Source: a virus. From it: a stretch of 64,000 nucleotides of DNA. Shown here piece by piece: positions 48,988 to 59,693 of the stretch (its first letter is position 1; every line of letters begins with the position of its first letter). The position numbers were made by a program, and so were the translations under genes. The notes under the pieces are model-generated. The model saw nothing but the letters and a program-made list of their open reading frames with translations. It was not told where the DNA came from and did no database searches. The stretch covers positions 1 through 64,000 of IMG/VR virus record IMGVR_UViG_3300034375_013346; one strand, written 5' to 3'.

Positions 48988-49919
48988 ATAATTTCCTCGA
49001 TATTAGAGTGGTAATGAAGAAGTGCTTTGTCCTTCATTTTAACCTCCAATTCTATATCGAAGTTATGTCCATAAGTTTCGATCTTTTCGTGGATCCAATC
49101 AGAGTGAGCTAAATCTTTTGCTGAGTTGTCTTCAAATAAAGCACGGGATTCCGAAAAATGAGTTAAAGGGGTTACGTCATTAGGCCAGGTTGATAGACAC
49201 ACTAATAGTGATTCCTCCTCAGAAAGACCCTCCGGAGGATTACACCGATTATGCAAGTAATCAAATGTAACCGGAATTCCTATCGAGTCATGTATCATTT
49301 CTTTGAGATCCAAAGAGGTATACTGAGATCCCTTATCATCAATTTCCACGACCAACCTTTTCTTTACCGAATCGGGGAGTAGCATAAAGTTCTTACAGAA
49401 TCTAGATGCAGCTTCCTCTTTAGTTGGCTTGGTAGTATTGACGTGTATATTTATGGGATAGTGGAGATTTTGATCCAGACCCATTAAATCCATAATTTCT
49501 CCATGCTGCCTTAATTCCTTCAAAGCATTATGGACAACATCTTCCCGGAGAGAAGCAAGAACACCGTAGGGAGATGGATGGAATGTTATTCTCTGATCTC
49601 CGCTAATTGCTAGACCCCCAGCACGTTTAAGATGGGTCTTTATCTCCTCGAAGTCAGGTAGATCGGATAGCTCATATTCAGAACACCAAGGAAAAATATC
49701 GGAGCTCATCCGGTACATCTTTATTCCCATCTGATTGTTCCACTCAATTATGGTGCAGAGATCTTTCACATTGAGCAGAGATAACTCAGAGACATACTCA
49801 ATACCCCTTTCAAGAAATGTTTTCTTGGTCATAGATCTGTTAGTAGTCACTCGATCTTTCTTTTTTCTGCCCTCAGAAATACTCAGGTTAATGCAGCAAT
49901 ATCCATATCTTCTATCCAT
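48966..49919 (-). CDS. uvsE: UV damage endonuclease
   Basis: GYCCIN, YRMSSDIFP, RITFHP, RLVVEIDD, FDYLH, HFSES, AHSD, ELEVKMKD. Confidence 0.9.
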   Translation of the reverse strand: MDRRYGYCCINLSISEGRKKKDRVTTNRSMTKKTFLERGIEYVSELSLLNVKDLCTIIEWNNQMGIKMYRMSSDIFPWCSEYELSDLPDFEEIKTHLKRAGGLAISGDQRITFHPSPYGVLASLREDVVHNALKELRQHGEIMDLMGLDQNLHYPINIHVNTTKPTKEEAASRFCKNFMLLPDSVKKRLVVEIDDKGSQYTSLDLKEMIHDSIGIPVTFDYLHNRCNPPEGLSEEESLLVCLSTWPNDVTPLTHFSESRALFEDNSAKDLAHSDWIHEKIETYGHNFDIELEVKMKDKALLHYHSNIEEIICQETTN

Positions 49920-49957
49920 AAACCAAAATTACAATTACCAGCCGTTCTAAAAAAATA

Positions 49958-51742
49958 TTAACCCATGGAAGATAACCAGGCTTTTCTAGCCTCCGAAGAT
50001 TTACCGAAAGCCATATCAAGCATTGCTGATGATTTTTTATCCTTTACGATATTTGTCATCTTTTTATTCCTCATCACGTAATCCCAATCATCCAGAGATA
50101 GGGATCCAAGGCCTTTTAAATATCGGACTCCAGAGAGTCTGGAGTTTTTAGATTCTTTTTTGAAATCATCGAGAGAATAAAAATATTTTTTATTTCTCTC
50201 CCCTATAGATACAAGAGGAGTTTCCAGGAAATATAGCATTCTTTTCTCAACAATCCAAGGGAACCATCGGAAAAATAGGCTTATCAAAAGGGATGTGATG
50301 TGTGCACCGTCAGGATCCTGGTCCGTCGCTATTACGATGTTCTGATAAGGACATCGCAAATTTGAGTTTTCCGGATCCAAATTGAGTATCTGCATAAGCT
50401 CCAATATTTCTCTATTCTCCGCAAGGTCCGAAAGGCTTCGTGCATTTTTAATCTTGCCCTTTAAAGCATATACCCCATCCCTAGAAGGATTCCTCTTCTG
50501 CAAGATCGATCCCATAGCACTAAGACCTTCAACTATAAACAAATTCTGAGCGGACCTTGAGGTAGGAGGAAAATATTTATGCGAGTATTTTACGTTCACA
50601 CTCTTCTTTTCCCTCCTAATTTTTTTCAGATTAGATTCCTTCTTTCTCCGCTCAACCTTGTCCTTTACTTTTTTATATAAGGGGGTGGAGAAGAATTTTT
50701 TTAGGGAACCACTAAAGGAATTCAATATTATTCCCTCTACCTCTTCCCTCCTTGTGACAAATTTGGTCTTATTCTGATCCCCAAATTTTACCTTACCTGG
50801 GGGTAAGTTCAATATTAAACAGAAGTCGTAGAAGTGATGAGCCAGAGAATCGTCCAGGGTTCCATTGATCTGATCCATGATTATCTTTTGGTGTATGCCT
50901 GTGCAAGTAGCGGAATTAACAAATGATACAGAACCAGAATCATCAATCTTCTCCCATATCAATATTTCTCCGATCCTAGTCTTATATGAGAGCTGCTGGA
51001 AAACCTTGGTGTCTATAGGTATAACGACCTCATCCCAGATGAAATTAATCTTTATACTTTTAGTATTATCCTCCGTCTCCAAAACTCTTTTTTTCAGCAG
51101 CAACAGGGATCTTAGAACTTCTTTATTCCACCTGCAGTTATCGAATATCTCAGCTAATGGAGAGAAGCTAACAGAGGTTCCCAGTTTTTTTCTACCTCGC
51201 TTGAGGACCTTAGGTTTCCCTGGTTTAAAGTTATTCCACTCCTGAAAGTAATACTCATTGGGACTAACAGTCTCTATGGAAAAATAACTGGACATGGCAT
51301 TAACAAGGCTAACCCCCATCCCGTTGGTACCTATCAGGGTTTCAGCTATATCGTCATTATTAAAATTGGACCCTGCTCTTAACATCGAGACCGCAGTAGC
51401 AACATTGGACATTCCACTCTTCTTATTGATAGACGAGCCGTTAATAAATCCTTCGCCAGAGTCTGTTACCCTAATGGTATTGGTTTTTGAATCAACCTCG
51501 ATTGTGATTGAGTCCATGGACTTCTTCATCCTTTTAGCCTCATCAACAGAATTAGAAAAGACCTCATCGAATAACTTATACATACCTATAGATATGTTAT
51601 AAGGAACCAGTCTTATCTTATCTTTCTCCACTATCGGGATCTGCTCCTCCGTTACTTTTACGGATCCAACATAAATAGTTGGTCTTTTGAGTATATGTTC
51701 AAAATCCGAAAGTACCTGTATGCTCTTATTAGCTGATTTCAT
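49958..51742 (-). CDS. type II DNA topoisomerase, ATPase/TOPRIM subunit (GyrB-like)
   Basis: EHILKRP, NSVDE, GTNGMG, VEGLSA, LKGK, TDQDPDG, RYLKGLGS. Confidence 0.93.
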   Translation of the reverse strand: MKSANKSIQVLSDFEHILKRPTIYVGSVKVTEEQIPIVEKDKIRLVPYNISIGMYKLFDEVFSNSVDEAKRMKKSMDSITIEVDSKTNTIRVTDSGEGFINGSSINKKSGMSNVATAVSMLRAGSNFNNDDIAETLIGTNGMGVSLVNAMSSYFSIETVSPNEYYFQEWNNFKPGKPKVLKRGRKKLGTSVSFSPLAEIFDNCRWNKEVLRSLLLLKKRVLETEDNTKSIKINFIWDEVVIPIDTKVFQQLSYKTRIGEILIWEKIDDSGSVSFVNSATCTGIHQKIIMDQINGTLDDSLAHHFYDFCLILNLPPGKVKFGDQNKTKFVTRREEVEGIILNSFSGSLKKFFSTPLYKKVKDKVERRKKESNLKKIRREKKSVNVKYSHKYFPPTSRSAQNLFIVEGLSAMGSILQKRNPSRDGVYALKGKIKNARSLSDLAENREILELMQILNLDPENSNLRCPYQNIVIATDQDPDGAHITSLLISLFFRWFPWIVEKRMLYFLETPLVSIGERNKKYFYSLDDFKKESKNSRLSGVRYLKGLGSLSLDDWDYVMRNKKMTNIVKDKKSSAMLDMAFGKSSEARKAWLSSMG

Positions 51743-51766
51743 ATTTAAATCCTATTGATCTAGGTT

Positions 51767-51793
51767 TATATGTCCAATCGATGTGATTATTTC
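51767..51793 (-). promoter_or_regulatory. putative promoter GAAAT-N16-CATATA
   Basis: recurrent bipartite motif. Confidence 0.55.
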
Positions 51794-51795
51794 AC

Positions 51796-51828
51796 AAAAA
51801 AAAGGTCTGGAGTTAACCAAACCTTTTT
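51796..51828 (-). terminator. intrinsic terminator
   Basis: AAAAAGGTTTGG/CCAGACCTTTTT hairpin with T-run. Confidence 0.65.
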
Positions 51829-51850
51829 AAATCGAAGATTATAGGAGGGT

Positions 51851-52027
51851 TTAGGCCTCCTCAGGAGCTTTGTTTTTGTCCAATACAGACCAAATACCAC
51901 CTATTAAGGTCATAGTGGCACCAAATAGTTCTGTGAACATAGCATCATCAATAAGACCTTGCGTTATTAACACACCTCCCAAGAAGGTTAAAGCGTGTCT
52001 AATGATTCCTAGTGTTTTTTCTTTCAT
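51851..52027 (-). CDS. small two-TM protein, putative holin (not in ORF track)
   Basis: MKEKTLGIIRHALTFLGGVLITQG...IGGIWSVLDK, 58 aa. Confidence 0.6.
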   Translation of the reverse strand: MKEKTLGIIRHALTFLGGVLITQGLIDDAMFTELFGATMTLIGGIWSVLDKNKAPEEA

Positions 52028-52053
52028 TTTTTTATTAATTTGATTTTGGGGTT

Positions 52054-52587
52054 TTATTCCTCTCCGGCTGGGGTAAAATATATTTCATCGACCTTCATAG
52101 GGGAGATCTTAGCTTCATATCCTTTATCCGGCAAAGAAGCTGGAATTCCTATTATCATATCATTACCACCTACATTTTCAATGCGATCTACGATAAATTC
52201 AGAATCGAAGAATATTGTTCTCTGGTCACCGAACCTGTTAACATCAAAGTCAAATTCTTCCGCCTCTACGTCGCTCCCTATTTTTTTACCTATGGTCGAT
52301 TTATATTGTCTGGCTAGTCGTTCTCTTTCTTGAGCTATAATATCTTTTATATAATCAGGAGCACCCTTTCCCTGGGTTGGGACTTCAGCAATAACATTGA
52401 TGTTCTCAACCGATCCCATTTCTTTCTGTGCTAGAAGATCCCTCAATCTAGGTATGATTTCGGAGTATTTCAATTCCTCGACAGGAGCTGCATTTATATT
52501 CTTCTTAAAGTCCAGCTCGTTATAAAGAGGAGTAGATCCTTCGTTTACCTTATTTGAATAGTCTTCGAATAAACTTATGTGCTTCAT
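52054..52587 (-). CDS. hypothetical protein with N-terminal capsid-targeting-like motif
   Basis: MKHISLFEDY...VNE; upstream GATATATA. Confidence 0.7.
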   Translation of the reverse strand: MKHISLFEDYSNKVNEGSTPLYNELDFKKNINAAPVEELKYSEIIPRLRDLLAQKEMGSVENINVIAEVPTQGKGAPDYIKDIIAQERERLARQYKSTIGKKIGSDVEAEEFDFDVNRFGDQRTIFFDSEFIVDRIENVGGNDMIIGIPASLPDKGYEAKISPMKVDEIYFTPAGEE

Positions 52588-52617
52588 CTACTTAAAAATT
52601 AGATTTATCTATATATC

Positions 52618-52893
52618 TCATTCAGGGAAATATTTTGTAACAATCACCTCAAGCTTAGAATTTCCCTTTATAAGCCGATGCCAGACCCCCGCTTTTATTT
52701 TTATCTTACCTTTACATTCAACCGGGAGTTGGTTATCGATCTGAAATAGCCAGTCATTCGGGGTTAAAAATTCCAAAGTTCGATCCTCCTCATCCCAATG
52801 CCACTTTAGAGAATTCTCGTCAGAATTTTCACTGAACACTCTCCGGTAGGTGCTGCCAGATTCGTGTATTTCTATATAAGGATGATCTACCAA
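52618..52893 (-). CDS. small cupin-like phage protein
   Basis: WHWDEEDR...WHRLIKG. Confidence 0.6.
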   Translation of the reverse strand: MVDHPYIEIHESGSTYRRVFSENSDENSLKWHWDEEDRTLEFLTPNDWLFQIDNQLPVECKGKIKIKAGVWHRLIKGNSKLEVIVTKYFPE

Positions 52894-53438
52894 GGATTAC
52901 TTGATTTAAGTCCTAGTAGTTTATGATACCTGTGAACATTACATGACCACCATCTTGGTTTCCATCTTGGCCCGGGATCATTACATCTGTGTCTAGCTCT
53001 AAAAGACTTTGATGCCTCTTTGTCGGAATTCTTTATTCTCATTCCAGGCTGACCAAACCTAACCAGTATGACTTTCCCATCTCCGTTCTTAGTGTAAACC
53101 CCGAACTTTCTGGGAGCTTTAGGTGTTCTGAAAGGCTTATTCAATTCCACGTCTCTTCCTTTATATTCAGCCTCGTTAATCTCAAAGGGGACATCCAATA
53201 AGACTTCTTCGCCAAGATAAGTGGATTTAGATCCAGCGTCAGTACTTATAAGGAAAACATCATCGAATGATAGATCCAATCTATCATTAAGCCACATATC
53301 CCTGGATTCATTAATTAGATCTAACCAGGACTCAGACTCTATCCTATACACGCTTTCCATTAGAGAGACCTCATTTTTCAAATGGTAGTCCATCCCTTCG
53401 CTTAATCTATCAAAATCTGAGAATCCCTTTATTCGCAT
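52887..53438 (-). CDS. phage protein with basic C-terminal domain and capsid-targeting-like N-terminus
   Basis: MRIKGFSDF; INEAEYKG; VRFGQPG, SFRARHRC, RWWSC. Confidence 0.7.
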   Translation of the reverse strand: MRIKGFSDFDRLSEGMDYHLKNEVSLMESVYRIESESWLDLINESRDMWLNDRLDLSFDDVFLISTDAGSKSTYLGEEVLLDVPFEINEAEYKGRDVELNKPFRTPKAPRKFGVYTKNGDGKVILVRFGQPGMRIKNSDKEASKSFRARHRCNDPGPRWKPRWWSCNVHRYHKLLGLKSSNPW

Positions 53439-53470
53439 ATGCTATATATCGATTCGGAATTTCCCATTCA

Positions 53471-54754
53471 TCAGGTATCCTGTTTACTGAGCTTCTTTTT
53501 CTCCTCGATAGCTTTGGCTTTTTTCAAAGCTGCTTCCCTAAAATATTCATGGTTTTTCCTTATCCTAGATTTTTCATTTTCGCTCATTGTAACAAAGAAA
53601 GGCATCCTCATGATGGCTTCCATCTTCTCAGCGGAGATTTCAGGATTTCCTGTGTGATATGCAGCTAATGCAAATTCATCAAGAAGACGCCATTGCCAAA
53701 TTTCAGGTTCTACAAATAATATATCCGATGTTCCTGGATTCTTTACTGCCATATTTCCGTAAGTAAAGGAAAGAACCCATCTTTCCTGCTCCCTTAGTTT
53801 TCTCATAGCATGGAATATAGCTTCGAGCCTTTCCGGTCTGTATTCCCAGGCTTTGGAATAGGCAGTAATGACTTCATCGGGGTGCCTCCCGAGCTGCTCT
53901 TTTAATCTACCTATCATGTAAAGGGAATAGTAAACCTCCTCATCCCATCCGCCAGCATCTGCCCTTTTTTGATAAGCGTCTATGGCTTTTACCTTCTGTT
54001 GGGAATCTCTATAACTTTGAGCCAAATAGAACATATATCGGGTATTTTCTGGATCCTTATCTAATGCTTCCTCCAATATTTCAGCATCCTTTGCGTATTT
54101 TTCTTCCAAGGAGCTAGCCCTTTTCAGAGGACTTATATCGGCATCTACCCTACATCTGTCACCTGGAATTTGGTATTGTATTACCGGCTCTTTTCCAGGT
54201 AGATCCAAATACTCATGCAAAACCCCTTTGTATACCCAATCTTGATCGGATCTAACTATCTGAGCTCGATGATACTGTAGGTTATTTAATCTGTACATTA
54301 TCTGGAAGCAATCAACATCAGAGGGTAAATCCGAGAATGGATTAATGTTGGGATTTAAAACTTCGAAGGTATCATCAGCATCTATTATCCATGAGTAATC
54401 ACATTTACCTCTGGCTAATTCCAGACTTTCCGTGCGATTAACTTCAAAGTTAACCCAGGGTCTCTCGTAGATTTCGCCTTCTATACCAAGCTCATCCATA
54501 GTTGATTTTATCTCATCTATTGTATTATCGCTTGATCCAGTGTCACATATTACATAATATGAGATATATGGTGCACATCTGGTTAAACATTTTCGGATCG
54601 TGTCCTCCTCATCTTTCACGATCATAACAAGACAGAGACTAATCGATTGGGACTTATCTACTTTTTCCGTAGATGCATCCTCCGTAGCGATTTCTTTTTT
54701 ACTTTCTTTGTTAATTGCAGGTCTGGATTTGCTCCTTGATTTTTTGGATGCCAT
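53471..54754 (-). CDS. GT2 glycosyltransferase with TPR repeats
   Basis: MIVKDEE, DTGSSDNT, IDAD, GVLHE; YMFYLAQSY TPR-like region. Confidence 0.88.
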   Translation of the reverse strand: MASKKSRSKSRPAINKESKKEIATEDASTEKVDKSQSISLCLVMIVKDEEDTIRKCLTRCAPYISYYVICDTGSSDNTIDEIKSTMDELGIEGEIYERPWVNFEVNRTESLELARGKCDYSWIIDADDTFEVLNPNINPFSDLPSDVDCFQIMYRLNNLQYHRAQIVRSDQDWVYKGVLHEYLDLPGKEPVIQYQIPGDRCRVDADISPLKRASSLEEKYAKDAEILEEALDKDPENTRYMFYLAQSYRDSQQKVKAIDAYQKRADAGGWDEEVYYSLYMIGRLKEQLGRHPDEVITAYSKAWEYRPERLEAIFHAMRKLREQERWVLSFTYGNMAVKNPGTSDILFVEPEIWQWRLLDEFALAAYHTGNPEISAEKMEAIMRMPFFVTMSENEKSRIRKNHEYFREAALKKAKAIEEKKKLSKQDT

Positions 54755-54779
54755 CTTTTATATGAGTATATTTTCCATT

Positions 54780-54806
54780 TATATGGGGAATACACTAAAA
54801 AATTTC
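54780..54806 (-). promoter_or_regulatory. putative promoter GAAAT-N16-CATATA
   Basis: recurrent bipartite motif. Confidence 0.55.
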
Positions 54807-54810
54807 ACCC

Positions 54811-55536
54811 TTATCCCTGATCTAACGAGGTTATTCTCTCAAGAATGAGTCCATCATTGAGTGTCATAGTAAATTCACCCTTAGCTACGACATTTCTTTT
54901 GCTTGTAGATATGAGATCCACATTAAGAAATCCCGTTTCCTCGCATATGTCGATATCCTCCGTCGGGTTAACCCTGGGAAGAAAGGTAGATCTACTCATA
55001 CCCCTACCGTTCCAATAAACCAGGGTGAGATTATCTATTTTACCATCCAATATCTTTACAACCTGATTTTCTCTTAGGCATTCTATCTTTATCGAGGGTC
55101 CTCTAGACTTGAAACCTGAAGAAAATGAGGTCAAAAAATACCCTCTACCCTCGAGAAGCCCGGGGACGGTATCATTTTTGCAGGAAAACATTCCTAAAGA
55201 ACCCGAGAATCTATGGTGCTTAAATCTTACACCTAGCTCCATGAAGGATTTTCTTAGGGCCTCCATTATCTCCTCCACATCCTCAGATTTATAGAAATCC
55301 ATTAGGTAATGGGGATTAGCTCCCTTTATAATCTTGGAAGACCTGATGCGAAGGTTGGAATAATACCTTATATAATTTTCGAAGACAATACCTATGGAAG
55401 CAACTTGTTCCTCCTCAGATTTAGTCATCTTCTTCCTCATATTCATCTCATGTTCGAATCTTTCTACAAACTCTGAGAGGATGTTATTATCGTTCATATT
55501 CAATTTAGATTCTTTTCCAGGAGTAATCCGTGTCAA
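54811..55536 (-). CDS. hypothetical protein
   Basis: ORF of about 230 aa; start uncertain. Confidence 0.6.
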   Translation of the reverse strand: MTRITPGKESKLNMNDNNILSEFVERFEHEMNMRKKMTKSEEEQVASIGIVFENYIRYYSNLRIRSSKIIKGANPHYLMDFYKSEDVEEIMEALRKSFMELGVRFKHHRFSGSLGMFSCKNDTVPGLLEGRGYFLTSFSSGFKSRGPSIKIECLRENQVVKILDGKIDNLTLVYWNGRGMSRSTFLPRVNPTEDIDICEETGFLNVDLISTSKRNVVAKGEFTMTLNDGLILERITSLDQG

Positions 55537-55918
55537 GCTTGAATCTCCCTAAACACTCAAACTTATTACCCCATTCTTCGGGTGAAATTATGCTAGCAAA
55601 TGTCTTTTCTTTATTACCAACATATAGATATATCTCTATTCCTATATAGGGTTCAAAAGAAATTTTAGAAGACCATATCATCTGGTTATCCGAATATTCA
55701 CTATACAGATCCCTAATCTGCTCTTTTATTTCCTCAGCCCTCTTGTTAAATTTTTTAGCAGCTTTGGATACAGCACCTCCTTTAAACTTGTCGATGTCAT
55801 CTATCTGGAAACTAGGGGAACTTAAAGAAGTTGGATATGGCTTTAGAAAAGCATCAAAAACCCCGGTCTCCTGATTAAACACTACGGAATCCGGTAATTT
55901 ACGATTTTTCTTTTTCAA
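55505..55918 (-). CDS. DUF2452-like protein
   Basis: PYPTSLSSPSF, FEPYIG..YLY, SIISPEEW. Confidence 0.65.
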   Translation of the reverse strand: MKKKNRKLPDSVVFNQETGVFDAFLKPYPTSLSSPSFQIDDIDKFKGGAVSKAAKKFNKRAEEIKEQIRDLYSEYSDNQMIWSSKISFEPYIGIEIYLYVGNKEKTFASIISPEEWGNKFECLGRFKLDTDYSWKRI

Positions 55919-56540
55919 GTGAGGTTGGCTTTATTCCTATCTTATCTATCACTTGTTTATAGACTTCTTCGGATCCGGGGGAGGCATTAATCTTAACCAG
56001 CTTTCTACTTTTCCTATACTTATCCAATAGAGGTTTGGTTTTATTCTCATATTCGTCGAACCTCTTATTAATTACATCTGGATTTTTATCATCTTCCCTT
56101 CCTTCCTTCTCGGCTCTATTGAGGATTCTTTCCCTCGATTTTTTTCTGCTCAGGTCCAGGTAGATGCAATGGTTTAATCCAACACCCAATTTACCCAGGA
56201 TGGAGTCAAGCATCTTAGTTTGCTTAATAGTTCTTGGAAATCCGTCTATTACTACACCACTTTCAAGATCCGCTTTACCAAGCTCTCTTCTTAACATTCT
56301 AGCCATTATTCTATCCGGAATATAATCTCCTTTGGCTATGATCTTTTTTAGATCTTCATCCTTGGAATTCCTGATTAGTTCTCCCGTAGAAATATGGGTA
56401 AATCCGTTCTTGGAGGCAAGTTTTTTAGAAACCGTTCCCTTTCCGGAACCGGGAGGACCCATTATGATTATGATTTCTCCTTGCTTATCTGGGATTTCCC
56501 TCTCGTTGATAAAATATTCGTAGCTTTTAACCTTATCCAT
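55899..56540 (-). CDS. adk: adenylate kinase with N-terminal extension
   Basis: GPPGSGKGT, HISTGELIR, DGFPR, GREDD. Confidence 0.92.
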   Translation of the reverse strand: MDKVKSYEYFINEREIPDKQGEIIIIMGPPGSGKGTVSKKLASKNGFTHISTGELIRNSKDEDLKKIIAKGDYIPDRIMARMLRRELGKADLESGVVIDGFPRTIKQTKMLDSILGKLGVGLNHCIYLDLSRKKSRERILNRAEKEGREDDKNPDVINKRFDEYENKTKPLLDKYRKSRKLVKINASPGSEEVYKQVIDKIGIKPTSLEKEKS

Positions 56541-56551
56541 CTCAATTTAGC

Positions 56552-57160
56552 TTATTTTTTCTCGAAATACCAAGTACCGAACCACTCATCGGTTACAGAT
56601 AGCTGATACCCCATTCTCTCACAGAACTCATCTACTGCAGGATTCACACCAAATACACCACAATACCATTTATGGATATTATCATAAATGTGCTTATCCT
56701 TGCCGTTTGGTAAAAAAGGCCCCTCCTTCCAATTAAGGTCTATATAATCGTGGCCCATTAATATGCCCCCGCTTTTAACTTTGGGATACCAAAGACCAAT
56801 ATCCTCACAAACTGACTTGTAGGTATGGTTAGCATCTATAAAAACAAAATCCAGGCTCTCGTCAGGAAATAGCTTATAGGTCTTATTAGAAAAGTTCCTT
56901 ATCATAGTCGATCTCTCACCAAACTGTTCCATCCTTTCCGCACATTCAGTCATGATTGCGTAGGGTTCAAAAGACCCATGGTTGGATCCATCTGGGTAAT
57001 CCTCGAAATCCAATTCTCTCCAAACATCGATCATGTAGAGATCTCCGTCCCACGTTTTCAATATTTCCTCAGCAAATTCTCCCTTAAAGGAACCAATCTC
57101 AGCTCCTACTTTAAAGCCCCTTTTAACAAAGATCTCTTTTATTAAATCTTCCCTCTTCAT
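56552..57160 (-). CDS. class I SAM-dependent methyltransferase (Methyltransf_24-like)
   Basis: AEIGSFKG, FVFIDANHTY, GGILMGHDY, GVNPAVDEF. Confidence 0.85.
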   Translation of the reverse strand: MKREDLIKEIFVKRGFKVGAEIGSFKGEFAEEILKTWDGDLYMIDVWRELDFEDYPDGSNHGSFEPYAIMTECAERMEQFGERSTMIRNFSNKTYKLFPDESLDFVFIDANHTYKSVCEDIGLWYPKVKSGGILMGHDYIDLNWKEGPFLPNGKDKHIYDNIHKWYCGVFGVNPAVDEFCERMGYQLSVTDEWFGTWYFEKK

Positions 57161-57178
57161 CAGCTATTTTTAAATGTG

Positions 57179-59674
57179 TTACGATCCACAGGATATACAG
57201 TCATCCGGATTATCTAGACTACATGATATATCAGACATTGCCTGATTTGCTAGCTCCTTTAACTCCTCACTAGCAGATTCAGAGTGATTAGAATTCTTTT
57301 CATCATTGGGAACATTGACAGTTTCCTCAACCTTAACTACACTGGGAGACTTGGTTTTATACTTACTTGAATCTATACCGAGACCGGATAAGGCATCCAC
57401 TGCTGCCTTAGTTCTCAAATAGTACATACCAGTTTTAAGACCCATCTTCCAGGAATGGAAATGAGCTGCAGTTAACTTGGCTGCATTCACGCCCTCTATG
57501 AAAAGATTAAGGGACTGAGACTGGCATATAAATTTACCTCTCTCAGCAGACATTTCAATAAGATCCTTCTGCTTTATCTCCCAGACAGTTTTATAGATCT
57601 CCTTAATATCGTCGGGTATATTGGGTATATTCTGAATTGACCCCTTATGGATGATAATCATATTCTTCATATCATCATCCCATAGATTGAGTGAAATTAG
57701 ATCATTCACGAGATGCTTATTAATCACAATAAATTCCCCACTCAAAGTTCTTCGAGTATAAATGTTTGAAGTGAAAGGCTCGAAAGCTTCATTATTCCCC
57801 ATAATCTGAGCGGTAGAAGCAGTTGGCATTGGGGCTAAAAGCAATGAATTTCTTGCCCCATGCTTCATAACTTCCTTCCTAAGCTTTTTCCAGTCCCACC
57901 TACCAGATAATTCCTCGTCGGTGAAATTCCATAGATTGAATTGGAATTTGCCCTGGCTCAGAGGAGATCCATCAAAGGTCTCATATGCTCCAAGTTTTTT
58001 GGCTAAAGAAACTGAGGCGGACATAGAAGCAAAATATATCGTTTCAAATATATCTGAGTTTATTTTCCTAGCCTCATCCGATGAGAATGGTATTCCCATA
58101 ATAGCATAAAGATCAGCCAGACCCTGTATTCCTATCCCTATGGGTCTATGCCTCATGTTGGATTTTCTAGTTTCTGGAGTAGGATAAAAATTAACATCTA
58201 TAACCTTATTAAGATTAATAGCGGTTTGATAGGCCACCTCATACAGAAGATCGTGATCGACTTCACACTTTCCTCTCAGTATTTTGGAGGTTCTAGCATC
58301 AGTAGATTTCAAGAAGTTATTTACCGCTATCGAAGCAAGATTACAAACTGCTTGTTCATCTTTATCAGTATACTCGATTATCTCGGTACACAGATTAGAA
58401 GATTTTATAGTACCGAGGTTTTGCTGATTTGATTTCCTATTTGCAGCATCTTTATATAGGATATATGGTGTACCAGTCTCTATCTGGGATTCTATTATTT
58501 TTCCCCATAGTTCGCGAGCTCTAACTTTTTTCCTGACTTTCCCTTCTCTCTCAGCAGCTATGTATTTCTTATTGAATTCTTCTCCATAAACCTCGTGTAA
58601 ACCAGGAACTTCAGAAGGAGATATTAATGACCAGTCCTCATCCTTTTCTACTCTCTCCATAAACAGGTCCGGAACCCAGAGAGCCAAAAATAAATCTCTT
58701 GCTCTCCTCTCCTCCTTACCCGTATTTTTTCTTAGCTCTAGAAAATCCTCCACATCTGCGTGCCATGGTTCAAGGTAAATGGCGAAAGATCCCTTTCTCT
58801 TTCCACCACCCTGATCAACATATCTGGCGGTCTCGTTATAGACCTTCAACATCGGAACAATCCCATTCGACTTACCATTTGTTCCTCGTATATAGGAACC
58901 AGTAGATCTCACATTATGTATGGCTAGTCCAATACCTCCCGCATTTTGAGAGATCAAAGCAACATCGGATAGGGTCTTATAGATACCCGGAATTGAATCA
59001 TCACTCATCGTGAGAAGAAAGCAGGACGATAATTGGGGTTTTCTAGTACCCGCATTAAATAGGGTAGGAGTAGCGTGAGTCATCATATGAGTTGACAAAA
59101 GCTCATACGTCTTAATGGCATTCTTTATGTCGCTTCCCCATATTCCTACCGCAACCCTCATGTACATGTGCTGAGGGGTTTCTGAAGGATTCCCATGCAT
59201 TTTTAGAAGATAACTCTTCTCCAATGTTTTGAAACCAAAATACTCAAAATTGAAATCACGATCATGTATAATCGAGGAATCCAACTTGTTCTTATTTTTT
59301 CTAACAACCTCGTACGTCTCATCACTGATAAGACCTGCAGGCTTGTCCGTTTCCGGATCGATATAGGAATATAGGTCCTCTATGGTATCCGAGAATTTCT
59401 TCTTAGTTGTTTTATGTAACCTCGAGACCGCTATTCTTGAAGCCAGAATTGAGTGGTCCGGGTGAATGGGTATAAGTGAAGCAGCGGTTTCGGCTGCTAA
59501 ATTGTCAAGTTCACCTGTGGTGATACCGTCATAAATTCCGGCGATCACCTTTTGTGATATACCCATTGAATCCACAAAATCTGTGTTCAATCCATAAGTC
59601 ATTTTCCTCACGCGGTTAGATATTTTATCAAATCTTACCGCTTCGCTAGATCCGTCTCTCTTAGTTACGTACAT
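57179..59674 (-). CDS. nrdA: class Ia ribonucleotide reductase alpha subunit with ATP cone
   Basis: [48 protein letters not shown]-terminal CISCGS. Confidence 0.97.
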   Translation of the reverse strand: MYVTKRDGSSEAVRFDKISNRVRKMTYGLNTDFVDSMGISQKVIAGIYDGITTGELDNLAAETAASLIPIHPDHSILASRIAVSRLHKTTKKKFSDTIEDLYSYIDPETDKPAGLISDETYEVVRKNKNKLDSSIIHDRDFNFEYFGFKTLEKSYLLKMHGNPSETPQHMYMRVAVGIWGSDIKNAIKTYELLSTHMMTHATPTLFNAGTRKPQLSSCFLLTMSDDSIPGIYKTLSDVALISQNAGGIGLAIHNVRSTGSYIRGTNGKSNGIVPMLKVYNETARYVDQGGGKRKGSFAIYLEPWHADVEDFLELRKNTGKEERRARDLFLALWVPDLFMERVEKDEDWSLISPSEVPGLHEVYGEEFNKKYIAAEREGKVRKKVRARELWGKIIESQIETGTPYILYKDAANRKSNQQNLGTIKSSNLCTEIIEYTDKDEQAVCNLASIAVNNFLKSTDARTSKILRGKCEVDHDLLYEVAYQTAINLNKVIDVNFYPTPETRKSNMRHRPIGIGIQGLADLYAIMGIPFSSDEARKINSDIFETIYFASMSASVSLAKKLGAYETFDGSPLSQGKFQFNLWNFTDEELSGRWDWKKLRKEVMKHGARNSLLLAPMPTASTAQIMGNNEAFEPFTSNIYTRRTLSGEFIVINKHLVNDLISLNLWDDDMKNMIIIHKGSIQNIPNIPDDIKEIYKTVWEIKQKDLIEMSAERGKFICQSQSLNLFIEGVNAAKLTAAHFHSWKMGLKTGMYYLRTKAAVDALSGLGIDSSKYKTKSPSVVKVEETVNVPNDEKNSNHSESASEELKELANQAMSDISCSLDNPDDCISCGS

Positions 59675-59693
59675 TGTTCTTTTTTGGTTATTT

